Assembly: GCA_036172245.1 (NCBI GenBank)
Contig: JAYWIR010000017.1
Coordinates: forward strand, 2,418,001-2,482,000
DNA from: Raillietiella orientalis
Lineage: Eukaryota
DNA: 64,000 nt
Direction: 5' to 3'
Positions 34,810-46,999 of this stretch are shown one piece after another. The notes under the pieces were generated by a model. That model did not search any database, was not told where the DNA came from, and was given only the letters and a program-made list of their open reading frames with translations. How positions within the stretch are numbered: position 1 is the stretch's first letter; each line of letters begins with the position of its first letter. A program made the position numbers and the translations under genes.

Positions 34810-37800
34810 CTTATAGAACCTGGAAGAACTTATAGAAAGAAAAAAAAGAAAAAGAAAAAAAAGGAGGAGAAATTGGTGGACGCCTTTAAAGTCCCCAAAT
34901 TTGCAAGATACGCTCTTTGAATGCATTTCGAAGGGAATACTCGCTACACTTCCCAATATGTGGCCATGGTGTAAACACACTCTCGTTTAAGGATCTTGGA
35001 TGATATGAGAGCGATGTTTGGATTTGTGAGAATCGTAGCAATCGAGAAGGCGGCTGGATGGTTTCACAGTTAAGTTTTGATGTTTTTTGAATAAGCACCT
35101 TAAGGAGGATGGAAAAGTAGGAATCGCCATAGAGAATTAGAGGACCGTTATAGGTCTGTCGGGAAAAATGGTGATGGCTGAAGGAACATTGCTTTGTCTG
35201 AATTGAAATTGCAGTTTCTAAGAAGACTTGGTAATTTGTGGAGAACTCTAAAAATCCGTTCTCGTGCCTTGTCTGCGTATACACACTTCCATAAGTGTTT
35301 CAAACAAACAGTGACTGATGCTATGTTGTTTGCGTGGCGGCGTTCGGCCTCATGGCTATCCTTCTGTGTCCTTTGATATTATTTTGTACAGATCCGAAGG
35401 GCATCCGAACTCGTCTAAAACTTGGAACTAGGAAGGGTTTGGTAATCTCGAGGTGTTCTTGGAGCAGCTCTCACGAAACCTACGAGCAAGGAAACAGAAT
35501 AGCAAAAGTTGGCACAAGTTTATGGGAACGAAATATGGGGACCAACGTTTGGAGACGAAGAAGACACGAACAGGCCGCGGGATGCGTTTCTTTGTCTTCG
35601 ATTTTAGAAAACCATTTTTTCTTATGCGTTTTCGAGTTTACGCGATAATTCATTCTGCTCAACTTGGACACGTCGCTGCTTAGTAATTACACGTTCGGTT
35701 GTGGCGATTGCTCCATCAGAGTGAAAGCAGGAACCTCAGACTGCAAAAGCATGAACCAACCTCCTGCAGAACTTGGTGTTGCATTAGAATATGAATGGAC
35801 GAAACCTTCGTACGCCTGAGCTGCGTTTTCGAGATCAAATCCTCTACACCGTAATCCTCCTCATACCAGCAGTCGGGTCACAGTAAAAGTCAAGGACTCT
35901 TTAAGATATGAGGTATTCCCTCAAAGGATCCGTCGAGCGGAAAGGACTTGAACATGGAACGAAACTCGAACTCTAAAAATTCTGCTTTTCTTTGTCGGGA
36001 TTTTTCATGGCGAGCATGCAAAAGCTAAGAGAAACAGCACAATGACTTTATGACCATCTAATGATGGCAGACCTACCAACAACTCTTTGAGGATCCGTTC
36101 TCGGAACCACGAAATTTCGCTCGTGGCTTTCGATCGAGGATGTTTTTTTGATCCTGAGAACAGCGAAAACCACCATCATCAGCCACCTCAAATGGAGCGC
36201 TATGAAGAGCGTTCCACCAAAAGGAAGTGAACTTGGAATCTTCCGGGAATGCATTAATCGGAAAAATCGTAAATCTTGCTCAGAGTGGTCCTAGAGCCAC
36301 GAGTAAGGAATCCAAATCCGAATTTTTGAGAAACCGCTTCCATTGGCAAAAAAACCCTTCCGAAAGACTTGGAACTCAGAGCAGGCATTCTTAATACGAT
36401 AAACGTAGAGAGAGATGGTAAGGGCCGATAATACTATCAGCATGTCTTCAGCAACCCCGTTAGCTCTGAAAGCGAGATTGGAAGCTGCACAGAGAATTTC
36501 GCCGATTCTTTCCTGAAAACCGAAAGAAACTGGTCGCGAGGGAATTGCATGCTCTTGAGAATTCCCGTGTCGAACGAGCGATTTTGCAGGGGAAAAAAAA
36601 AAACAGAAAAACTGACCGATTTGCTTCGAGCTTTCATCGAAATGTTCAGGCGACGTTTTTATTCACCTGGACCCTAATTTGGACGTTCCTTATGATTCAA
36701 TCATCTGCATAACTCAGTCGCACCTCCCTTTCACTGCCATCTGTTACTTTTTCGCTAACCTGTGTTGTACATAAGAAACCTCCCATGCTCTGTGTTACAT
36801 GCGCAGCCTTGAATAGGTTTCCCTGAGGAAAAGACACAAATCGTTCATCCGTATCCTTCCAATAAAAATAATGGGCACATTTAAATTAGCGATGATCCCG
36901 TTCATTCTTTCGGAGATCTTTGTCTGCTCCTGATCATTCCACCACACCAGAGCGAAAGTCAGTCCGCAGTTCAGCTTTTCCTGACCTCCGTACCACCTTC
37001 TACAGAAGTACTACCATAGGGAAGCATCCATCCACTCCAGGTTCCAATCCTCGTTCCTCAGACGTTCTCGAAGTTGCATCGCACACGTCGTGTCTGCAGT
37101 GCTGGTGTTCACTCTGGTGGTGTAGCTCGCCTTGGGTTTCAGGCGCACACTATCGGTATTGTCTTGGCTTCAAAGGAGCGTATGTGAGAACAGTCAGCGT
37201 ATACGTACTGTACGAAAGAATAACAAAGGCAGCTCAACTCCCAAACTGTTAAAGCACTTGGAAGAAATTTATCCGAGAAGTAATGAAGCTCTCTCTGACA
37301 GTGTTGCCTTAATGCTGAGCTGCCAGTAGGGAAACCGGACAAATGACGAGAGTCTTTCCAGTGAAAATAAGGCTAATAGAGTAAGTGTAGGCAAAGCATT
37401 CTGGGACTAAGTGTTTCCAAAAATAGTTACGGAAAAGCCACGGTCCAAAGTCATCCCGAGATGCAAATGAGGGTTCGGTCTGCGTGCCTCTACTGCTGCT
37501 TTTGCGGAGGCACCCTTTTCGCGGAACACGCATTAGGCAACAGTAAACGCAAGATCAGTCATCATATGCGAACTCTTCAGGGTCCTGGACCAAGGGGATT
37601 CAACGTGTACTCCCCCCTTCTTTCATTTCATGCACGGAACTCCACCGAAACGAGTGTTTGAAAAAAGAAGCGTCTAAATCAGGAATCTAAAAAGTGCAGC
37701 ATATAGAAATACGAAGTAAGACGAGATTTTCTAGATTGGGTCCCCAAAAGCAATTCTTTTCTTGGTTGCTAAAAGGATGCTGAGGCACGCCCCAAGAAAC

Positions 37801-39499
37801 AGGTGCTCAGAAAAATGTAAAGTGAGAAAAGGAAGGCAGCCATTCAGATTCATCATTCATCGTTCCATCTCAATAAGGAAAAAAGAAAAACTCCTCTTGT
37901 TCATCGGTCTGGAAAGAAACTGGAGGAAGAGAGGCGTCCCAGAACCCTCAAAGAGAGGCTCAGTTTGAGCGAAGCACACAAGTCTGCGTGATCAAACATG
38001 TCAAAGAGCACCACGGCCTCACCTCAATGAGCTCTCCCTCCATCTGGTCACTGAACAGACAATAATAGGTTTGCCTATGAGGTCGATCGTATCAACCGAC
38101 TAAGACACAAAAGCCAAACCAACACACCTCTTGCTGTCATATTCTGTCCGGTCAAGAATAATTGCTGCTCTCTTCTGCTGTGCAAGCAGGGCCTACTTGA
38201 TCACTCAATGCAGGATCTACTTATCTCTTCTCGGGCATCACTGCTGCCCTCGTTCGGATGTCATGGATAGCTAAGGGGTAGTAAAGTCTTTGGATGACTT
38301 TTATAATTCCAAAGGATCTCTGACTTTTGTACTACTGAAATCACAATCGAGTTCTTTGGCAAATCTTTGAGCACCTTTTTTTTTTATTTTTTCTTTCTTT
38401 CCCTTCTTTGAGTTTTCGAGGAGGAGAAGAAATCTGATTTTTGCAGAATTTTTGATGCTTTCCCACTGAGGCTGACTGCAAAATTGAAATGTCCTCATTT
38501 CTGAAGGATATTTCTTTCGTCTTCTCAATTTCGTTCGGGCCGGAGCCGCAAGGATCACTTCCTGTTTCAGAACCATCCAGAAGGTCCTAAAACAGGGAAT
38601 TCGAGATCGTAATTTCCCAAACAGTTCACATTGATCAAGATTTTACCGCAAAGGATGCAGCCCATCAGCATTTCATGCTCAAATAGCCACTCTGCATGAT
38701 TCTTGCACCAAGAAAACAAGAGCTGTCCTTGTGACTGTGAAGCAGAGAATTTAAATGTAGATAATGAGATCACTTTAGCTCCAGTGAGACAGGTGGATTG
38801 CAGTGTTAAGTGAGAAATGATTTTACTCCTTTTAGCTGATGCTTCACGAGATAAACAAATGTAAGGAAGATTTTCTTCCAAAGGAAGGTTCCTTGCGCCA
38901 AACATACTGGATACCAAACGGTGGTCCATTTGAGGCTAGAGAAGTCCAAAGGAATTGGCATGCGTTTCGTGTAGGTCATTTGAACTTGTGGTGACATCGA
39001 GAGCTGCTTTTGGTAACATCGAGAGGCATGATGGCAGTTCGCTTGTTTGGGCCACAGGAGATGCACGAAAGGGAGACTGTCCGCAGTTGCCGAGGAGGAA
39101 TTCTTTGATCACCATGAGAAATCCTGCGTTTCACAGCAGGGTAGCAGCGAATCTGTGGACTGCAGGCCAACCATTCGTAGAGTGCGAGTAGGAATTCTTC
39201 AGGACTCTAGAGGGATAGAATGTTCTCTGGCTTCCATCACCTTCGAGTTCGTCGGAACTCGTCTCGTTATTTCGGGTCAGCTATTCTCCGTTCATACCAA
39301 CAGTCACCGAAGCACCCTGGTCGGAATCTCTAAGATCCATGACGCACTGGCAGCGGAAGAAGGGGTAAAAACCCGAATCATTAAATGACGGAATGCGTGA
39401 GAAATGAAGGGAAAACTACCAGATATCTTCATTGGAGTCTGTTTAAGAAAAACTGTCGATGAGATGAAAATGACAGCCTCTCTGCTACGGCACAGGTTT

Positions 39500-41050
39500 C
39501 GAGATGACGAAACCCAAGATCAGTAAAGGAGAAGATCAAAAAATACTTTAGTGATTGTGGGATTCAATGACATGCAAATATCACATATGTATAAGCATAT
39601 CTACGAAGGCTATCGTGGAACCCTGTGATGACGTTAAGGAAGAAAATCAAGGAGACTTCAAGCATATCGAAAGAGAATTCTGTTGATGCTAACTTCAAAG
39701 TAAACCTGACAAAACGTCGAAACGCCAGCCACGTTGGCGGAAGCAGATCCACAAGGGATGCACGGCTTAGCTTTACACGTCAGTCCTCTGTTCCAGAGGA
39801 TGAATGGATGGTAAACCCATCATTAATTTAAATAAGAAAATTTTTCACCGTGCCTCTAGAAAATTGTTTCACCTCAAGTATTCCATTATGCGGCAGTGAA
39901 TCTCTAAAATTTCTCGAGGCAGGAAATTTTGGACTGGAGATTGGGTTTCATCTTCACTGTGTGGTGACTTCTACACAGCGAATATCTATTTTGTTGCTGG
40001 GGATGCTTTCTCTTAATTGACAGCACTGCCTGTCATACATTGAGGAAGAGTATTGAAGATGTACTGGAGCAAAGAATGCATGAATTGCGAGCATGCTGTT
40101 ATCGTCCACATAGATCTCACATCAATGAAATCAAAATCCACAGTCCTTGCAAAATTGAGTGCTAATGGAACGTGGTTCACGACGTTCCTGAAAGTACGGC
40201 GAATCCAGTAGCTCCACAAGGCTTATAATGTAGCTGGTTAGTGATTGCATCTTTTTTTTATAAGGAAGGAATTGAGATTTTCAGGACTGATGGAACTCTA
40301 TAGAAACAAGATTTCAGTTGATATACCTAGTATGTCAGCGAATATGCAGAAGTGGCTTCAAGAACAGAAGAGGTATAATTCTTGTTGGTCTTGGGATTTG
40401 CGAGGATATGAGAGCTTAGCATAGTAAGAGACAATGCTGCAAACATCGTTCCAGACTGCAAATTCCACTCCAAGATTCCAAGAAAGTTAGGCGAATAGAT
40501 TAGTAGCGTAATGGTGTGCCTCTTCAACCAGGAAGGCGCAGAGACGGCGAGAAGCTTCTCTCAAAGCATACATTGGAAAGTCTGGCCCAACAGGTGCTGC
40601 TATGGAAATGTTGTGATCCAAGATATGTCTTGAAGGATGTTGAGAACCACTGCGAAAGAGCTGAGAAAGGGTGATGCTGGAGAAATCCAGTTGACCGATG
40701 CAGCTGATGAAGATTACTCTACGGAAAGGCTTGGTTTGGGTACTGGGTGCAGCTGTGATACAACCAAGAACGGTGGTGTTTCAAGCACGAAGACTCATAC
40801 AGTGTTTGCAGCATTTCGAAAGATCTCGAGAGATTTTCGTTTTTCATAGAAGATGAGTTTTGAATTTCAAGAAGACTCCTGAATTTCTCGAAAATCTAAA
40901 TTCCAGCAGCTCAAGCATAAATTATTTCCACTAATGACGCAGGAAACAGCGATCACCTGCAGGTCCAGAGACAATCTGATTAATCCGCCTGCGATTCTCT
41001 CTAAAACGAGTCTAGGTTCCAGTGATGACTCGGTTCGCATCCTTGATGGT
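39500..41050 (+). mobile_element. Decayed hAT-superfamily transposase remnant
   Basis: MYWSKECMNCEHAVIVHID (~40060-40110; cf. TD.WTS....Y.AVT.H.ID), IVRDNAANIV (~40421-40450; cf. VTDNAANM), IQDMS*R.ML (~40616; cf. IQDV.TRWNS..ML), in the correct order. Confidence 0.6.
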
Positions 41051-42959
41051 GTTTGGCAGCTGAGTGGGCTCTTTTAATTAACACACGGGCGTACCTGTTG
41101 CACTCATGCAGTCTCCTAGGCATCGTTTCGAAAATTTTTGCCGTTTCTGATTCCATGATGCATTTAACGATAAGGAAACAAACCTGTTGTTGTTGCCATG
41201 GCTAACTGATAAAATGCGAACAAGAAGAATGAAGACTTGCCCGTGAATCACGTGGAAAGAATTCCGTGTGGTTTGTCGAGGATAGCGGGGAAGACTCCCA
41301 CCGAAGCAGGCAAGCTCGAGTGGCGGTTCGAAATCGACGACGTCTATGGGAAGTGCCTGGAGTCCGTACATTTCCCTTTTCTCCCGTATCCCGCGCTTTC
41401 CTGCTGCACCGTGTGAAGCCGTGCACCGCAAGTGTCCGTTGGGACGCTTCGGTCGATTCGTAATAAGTGAAAGTGGAGTAATCACGGGCTCCTTGAGAAG
41501 TGGCCGAAGACCTGCCTAAATTCTCAAATGCGTGATTAAACGTTCCGTTTCCAGAGAAGGGACGCACCGACTCGGTATTGGGAAGGAAAAATCTTCTTCG
41601 GCAGCAACAGAAAGTTCGAGAAACCCAGTGACGCCTCGGAAGAACTTTCATCTGACGGATGCAAGCAGTCTCGAGTTCCTATTTTCAGCTGGACGTCGTA
41701 ATTGACGTGAGTCGCCGGTGACAATCCATAATCAACGCCTGTCGCGAACATCTCTAGCAAAATAATCATTAATTAAGTGTTTCCGTGACAGCTTAACCAA
41801 AAGTTGCGAAAACTAAATAAGGCGCGGGTGTACACTTTCTACACAGAGTTCATGATCCCAATTCCTCACGGGATAGTGTTCAAGTGCTTCAAGAGCCAAG
41901 TGAAGGATTCCAGGAAAAACTCCGGCGGAGTGTTCTGAGAAAAAAAAAAAAATTGCAATCCGAAATGAAGGTAATTGGCACGACTTCATCAGCTAATTGG
42001 CAAAAGTCAGGAGACGAGATGGCGATCAGAGATTGTGTCAGAGCATTCCCTAATTTAGCGTTCAAGGCAGGGATACGAGGGGGAAGATTGTGGAAATTTA
42101 TAGCTTGACCTTTAGATGTGTACCGATTTAGACGATTGCAAGTTGCTTCGAATGAAAACTTAGAAGAATCTCCTAGAAGAAACGTAAGAGCTCACGTGGA
42201 ATACTCGGGAAAATTTAATAAAATTCTAGGGAGGATGTGATCATGGGTTCTACCTGAAATTCTTGACCAGAAAATTAATTGCCACAGGGACTTGTTGAAA
42301 ACAATAACAGGAGCTATCCGAGTATCAATGCCCCCAGGATAGAAATGCAAGAATGCAAACTCTACAGGACAAAGACTTACTCGGTGAAAACATCACTGAC
42401 CGAGGACCAGCTGTGCGAAATTGCACCTCTGAGAGAAGGATGCAAGGCCATCGAAGAGAGTCCTGACCAGCTGAAGGCACGCAGCATCCAGGGACCTTTC
42501 GTCACCTCGTGTGCGGCCATAGAAAGCTTTGCTGAATTGCTTGGAAAGGCAGGTAGGCAGATTCTCTCAGCAAGTCAGTGAGTAAGCTGCGTGGAAGAAT
42601 CGAACGTATTTTCAAGCCATGCTGCTGCTCTTGTCCGAGCTGTGCTCACGCCGTCATTCCCGTCATCCCTCGTCTTCTGTTCGAGCGAGTTGCCATGTGC
42701 GCGGGCTGAAACCACGAGTTTCTCCATACTTGCATCGGGTTCCAGATGCAAGTTCGAGTTCTTCTGCGATCTTTTGTTGATTCAATGAAGCTGCACGTCT
42801 CGTTGTCAGGTCTCGGTGTCTTGGTGCGGCTTTTACCTATTATTATTGAAATACTCGCCGTGTCACAGCATTGGATTCTCTCCCTCCTCTCCCCAGTTAT
42901 CACCACTCTTGAGAGATGATGAAAAATGTCTGTCCCTAACTCTGTCCAAATCATCTGCT

Positions 42960-43900
42960 ACTTGAATTATAATTTGGTTTTTCGGGAAATTGGTGTAGGC
43001 TGGTTTTCCATTTTCCTTTGAGGGTTAGCAAACAGGGATGCTCTGGAACATCTTGTATAACGGCAAACCATGTAACAAGAAATGTTTCGACTCTTCTCAT
43101 TCCACTATCAACCAAAAATTTCCCCTCTTAAAGCAGATTAATAATAGTAATGGTTTTGTTTTGAGCTCCTCGAACGATTCGGCGCCGAGCGGATCGGCTG
43201 CTGGAACAGCGTATTTAAGGATGCTGTTTATGATGTTGCGCAGTGATCCTGAAACCAGCGACAACGCAGGAACCGTAGCAGAACGAGTTTTCCGGAAACG
43301 GATGGAAGTTTTTTCGAGACGGTGCTGCATCCTGTATACCAGTTCAAACTCCTGGTTTCGGAGATGCACGTGACGAATGTGCCGCGTGTTGTGCGCTCCG
43401 ATTCCGAGTGGCAATCCTCTGGCGTGCTTGCCTGCTCCCGAGGGAAGGACTGCATTGGCCTCTTCCCCGCCGTACTTCGTTCCCATCCGACGATTGGCCG
43501 CTTCACCGGGAAGCGTCCTGCTCTCGTAGAACCGAGCTCCTCTTGGCAGGGAGCTGTTTCCGAACCGGCGTCTGAACTGGCGCGCCGCCCACATTCGGGT
43601 TTTTCGTTTCGAAAGTTTTCCCTCGAGGAAGTAGGGAAAAGCTCGAGGCAGAGCAGTCATCTTTCCATTGTGAGCAAAGGAACGGTTCTTCCCAAACGCT
43701 CCCGGTTCTTCGGGGATCTCGTTCCTTGTTTCTGCTCGGCGCTGCTGTTTCATTTCTTGTTCTTTGCGGCTGCTGCTTCCGATGTTTTCCGAAATCCGTG
43801 GTTCGAAACGAGCGACGCCAATGGGAGTCGAGAATCCCACGCGATGGTTCCAGCCCGGCTGTCTTTCCAGCCAATGCTGTCAACATTTTCTGGAGAGCAC
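42960..43900 (-). mobile_element. Decayed LINE ORF2 C-terminal fragment
   Basis: RNQEFELVYRMQHRLEKTSIRF... resembles the 'K...F.YR..H..L.T..RL' lead-in to zf-RVT; the Cys residues are largely lost. Confidence 0.35.
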
Positions 43901-46900
43901 AATTAGAAAACCCGAAAAGCGTACATTCTTCCACAGAAATATTATCGGATGTTTCCTGAAAACTCTCGAGGCTTGATTTATGTCTTTGTTTACCATATGT
44001 TAAAGAATTTCCGGTGATTCAGGTTAAATCAAAATGGAGATATCAGTTTGCTTGATCTTTGAAGGAGGAGTAGGGGGGGGCACTATGGTATGCATTCACT
44101 CTCGACACGTAGGAATATAAAAGTATGGATAAGATGAATCTTTAGCTCTTGGAACGTACTCTTGTCATCCGAGACAGAATTTTTCAGATTTCATTGCGTG
44201 AAAGAATCCACAATCTCCTGAATGATCCAGGGTTGAAATGACGAAACGGGGATCATTAGATGCTCCAGCTCAAGATGTGTCAAGAATTTAGGAGCTTCCC
44301 ATTAATTAACACACTGATCGGGATAGATTTAAATGGCGTCTCCGAACACCATTTAAATCCCGATCTCGATCATCGTCTCTTTATTCGTGTTGTTGATGTG
44401 TGGCAGGTGAAATAAAATACAGCATTCCTACGATCCAAAACGCAATGGTAATAGCAAAGAGTAAGGGGACATTGCTCTAAGAGGGTTTTTTTTTTTTTTT
44501 TTTTTTCTATACGGGAATGATGTGTTCGTCCATCTGAAATGCCTGTTATCACTAAGAAGATTATGTTTAGCGCATGATGATGTCGTAGAGCTCACTGCTG
44601 TTGATGGGATGACCTGATTGAGAGTTCCAAACGGATCTCGGGGAGGCTGCCCAAGGTACCAGGACATCAGCTCATATTCTGTACATGTGGTACAGTGCTC
44701 CAATATCCAATGGATATTGAAGTATCTTAGGGACACGAGTCGCTGTCGTCGGGAGCTCGCAAGATTTTTAATCGCCGACTTTGGAGGTCGCTGCATTTTG
44801 GTCAGCTGAGAGCTCTGCTGTGCAGAGGCGCTTTTTTCGCATCTTCCGTGCATCTCAACTGAGAAGCAAGCCGACGGAACACGAAGTGATGCTCCCAACG
44901 CAGAGCTGGCAGCTTGCCCCTGACACTGAGAACGATGAAGTCGACCAACATCCCAGCTGATGGTCTGCTTCAGAAAACGCGCTGCAAGCAGCGAGCTCAG
45001 AAACAGGTTTCAGAAACGAGTTGCAAATTTCATCTCTCATCCTCAGTACACCTCAAGCTGAAGGCACGTTACAAATTTGAGAAACCGGCTTCCGGATGGA
45101 ACTAATCTTTGGAGATTGCGTTCAGCGCCTTATCTTAGGTGTTTCCAAACGCACCGGCAATCCTGCTGTGAAATTCGAGAGGCACTCTGCGGCGCGCGTC
45201 GACCAACCTTCTGCTCCAGATGAATCCATCCAGAACGCGATGTGCTGAAGAGTGATCTGAGCTCGATACTCTTCTTGCCTCATTTGTGTGTGCGCTTTTG
45301 TTCATGTTTTTGGCTTTTGCAGAGCTATCTGGAATTCAGGAATTTACCCCGAAGTTTATCCTCGCCATCCTTAAATCAGAAGAATCCTTTCAGATGTAAA
45401 ATCAGTGGACATCAAGTCAGACCCCATCTTGTAAAGAGAGAGCTATCGTTTCATTTTTTTTTTTTTTTAGTTTTCACTGGTATCAAGTAGTAAGATAAGA
45501 CGAATGCTGTAACTAATCCTGTCTGCAGAGATGAAATGAAGGAATTCTCAGTTTATCGATTTTAGAGCGAAAAAACTTCCCTACCAATGACGAAAATGTT
45601 TGACGACGAATCATACGCGTCGCATAATAAAGAAAAACATGTGTGATTCGAGTAATAGCTGTGCATACTTCAGCCTTAAAGAAGGTACAGGATCTGTGCT
45701 CAGTAAATTGAAAGAGAAAAAAAAGATTAGGGAGATTCGAGATAGAAGGCCCGTCCTTACATTGGGAGCTAACGGCTCCATCTGAGGAAAACGCTGGATG
45801 AATCTTCCGGATCAAGGTCAGCTAGCCATTATTTCTAGCCATGTGTTCCACGAGCACTGGTTGAGTCACAGCCTCAACTGCAGTACAGATCAGCATTCCG
45901 GAAAATCACCTGCTCAGCCCATACCTACAAGATGCCAAGCGTGCCTTGGTTCCGTATCATCGGCATTGCAATTTATTCCTGTCTTCGTTTGCTTGTCCTG
46001 GCTGAAAGCTTCCTCTTCCTGTTGTATAGTGGCAACCACGAGATCTACGCGGTCTGTTGAACAAAAATCTCGTTCTGTCAGAGTCCATAACTGATGTTCA
46101 TCCATTTTCCCAGTTTACACGTTTCTCGGTCGAGACGGGCGCGAAAGTTGAGGTCAAGTTTCTTCGTCGCCGTTTCGATCAGTCCTGATCTGGGTGAGAT
46201 CGGCCATCCCAAACAGAGGGATGCAATGAAAATGAGGAGATCGGAAGACTTTCTCGAAAGTTAAAAACCTCCCGAGTGGGTGACTTTTGAGGCAAGAATG
46301 TATTTTTATTTTTTTTGCTGTTGTCCCGGTGGCCAGTTGGGGAGAACTTTGTGCTGCATTCTCCTTGATGTTCTTGAATTGGATGCTGACGTTACTGGTC
46401 TCCTGTTTAGCTCATTCGGTTCACTCAGGAAGTCCCCTTGTCCCCTTGCTCCCACAGTTTGAATGTCACTCAAGGCGTTCAAAGAGATAAGAGACCATAA
46501 AACCACGTAAGATATGATCTCCAAAGAATCGCACCTTGTGGAATTCGATAAACGCAGAGCGGATCTAGGAGGGAGGATCACAATGGGAAAAAACTTTTTC
46601 AAATTCATAGAGCGCAGACCACTCTATGAATCTGAATTAGAAGGATCCCTTATATTAAGGAACAGTAATTTCTTAGGGTTGGGAACATGAAGAATTAACT
46701 GAATTCATAGGTGTTGGGAGCATTTCATGATTGAACCCTGTAATCGAAGCAGAAAAATTTCCAATCCTGAGTTCTTGGCTGAAAAGCTCTTTTACCACAG
46801 AGCTGCCATTTCATCCCATATGGAATTAGAATACTCTCCGCACGGCAAAGATTTTCCACTATTGCATTAACAGGTCAGCTCCGTCTGGGGGTCAGGTTAC

Positions 46901-46999
46901 ATGAAAGAATAATCAAAACAGAATAATTCTTTCTTGATTCGCTTTCTGCATAAACGTCAGGAAGGAAACCCAACACACTCTTGTATGTATCGAAAAACA

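Noticed and set aside
36900..37300. Cys/His-rich stretch as a gag zinc-knuckle remnant
   Set aside because: Spacing is too degenerate to call by eye.
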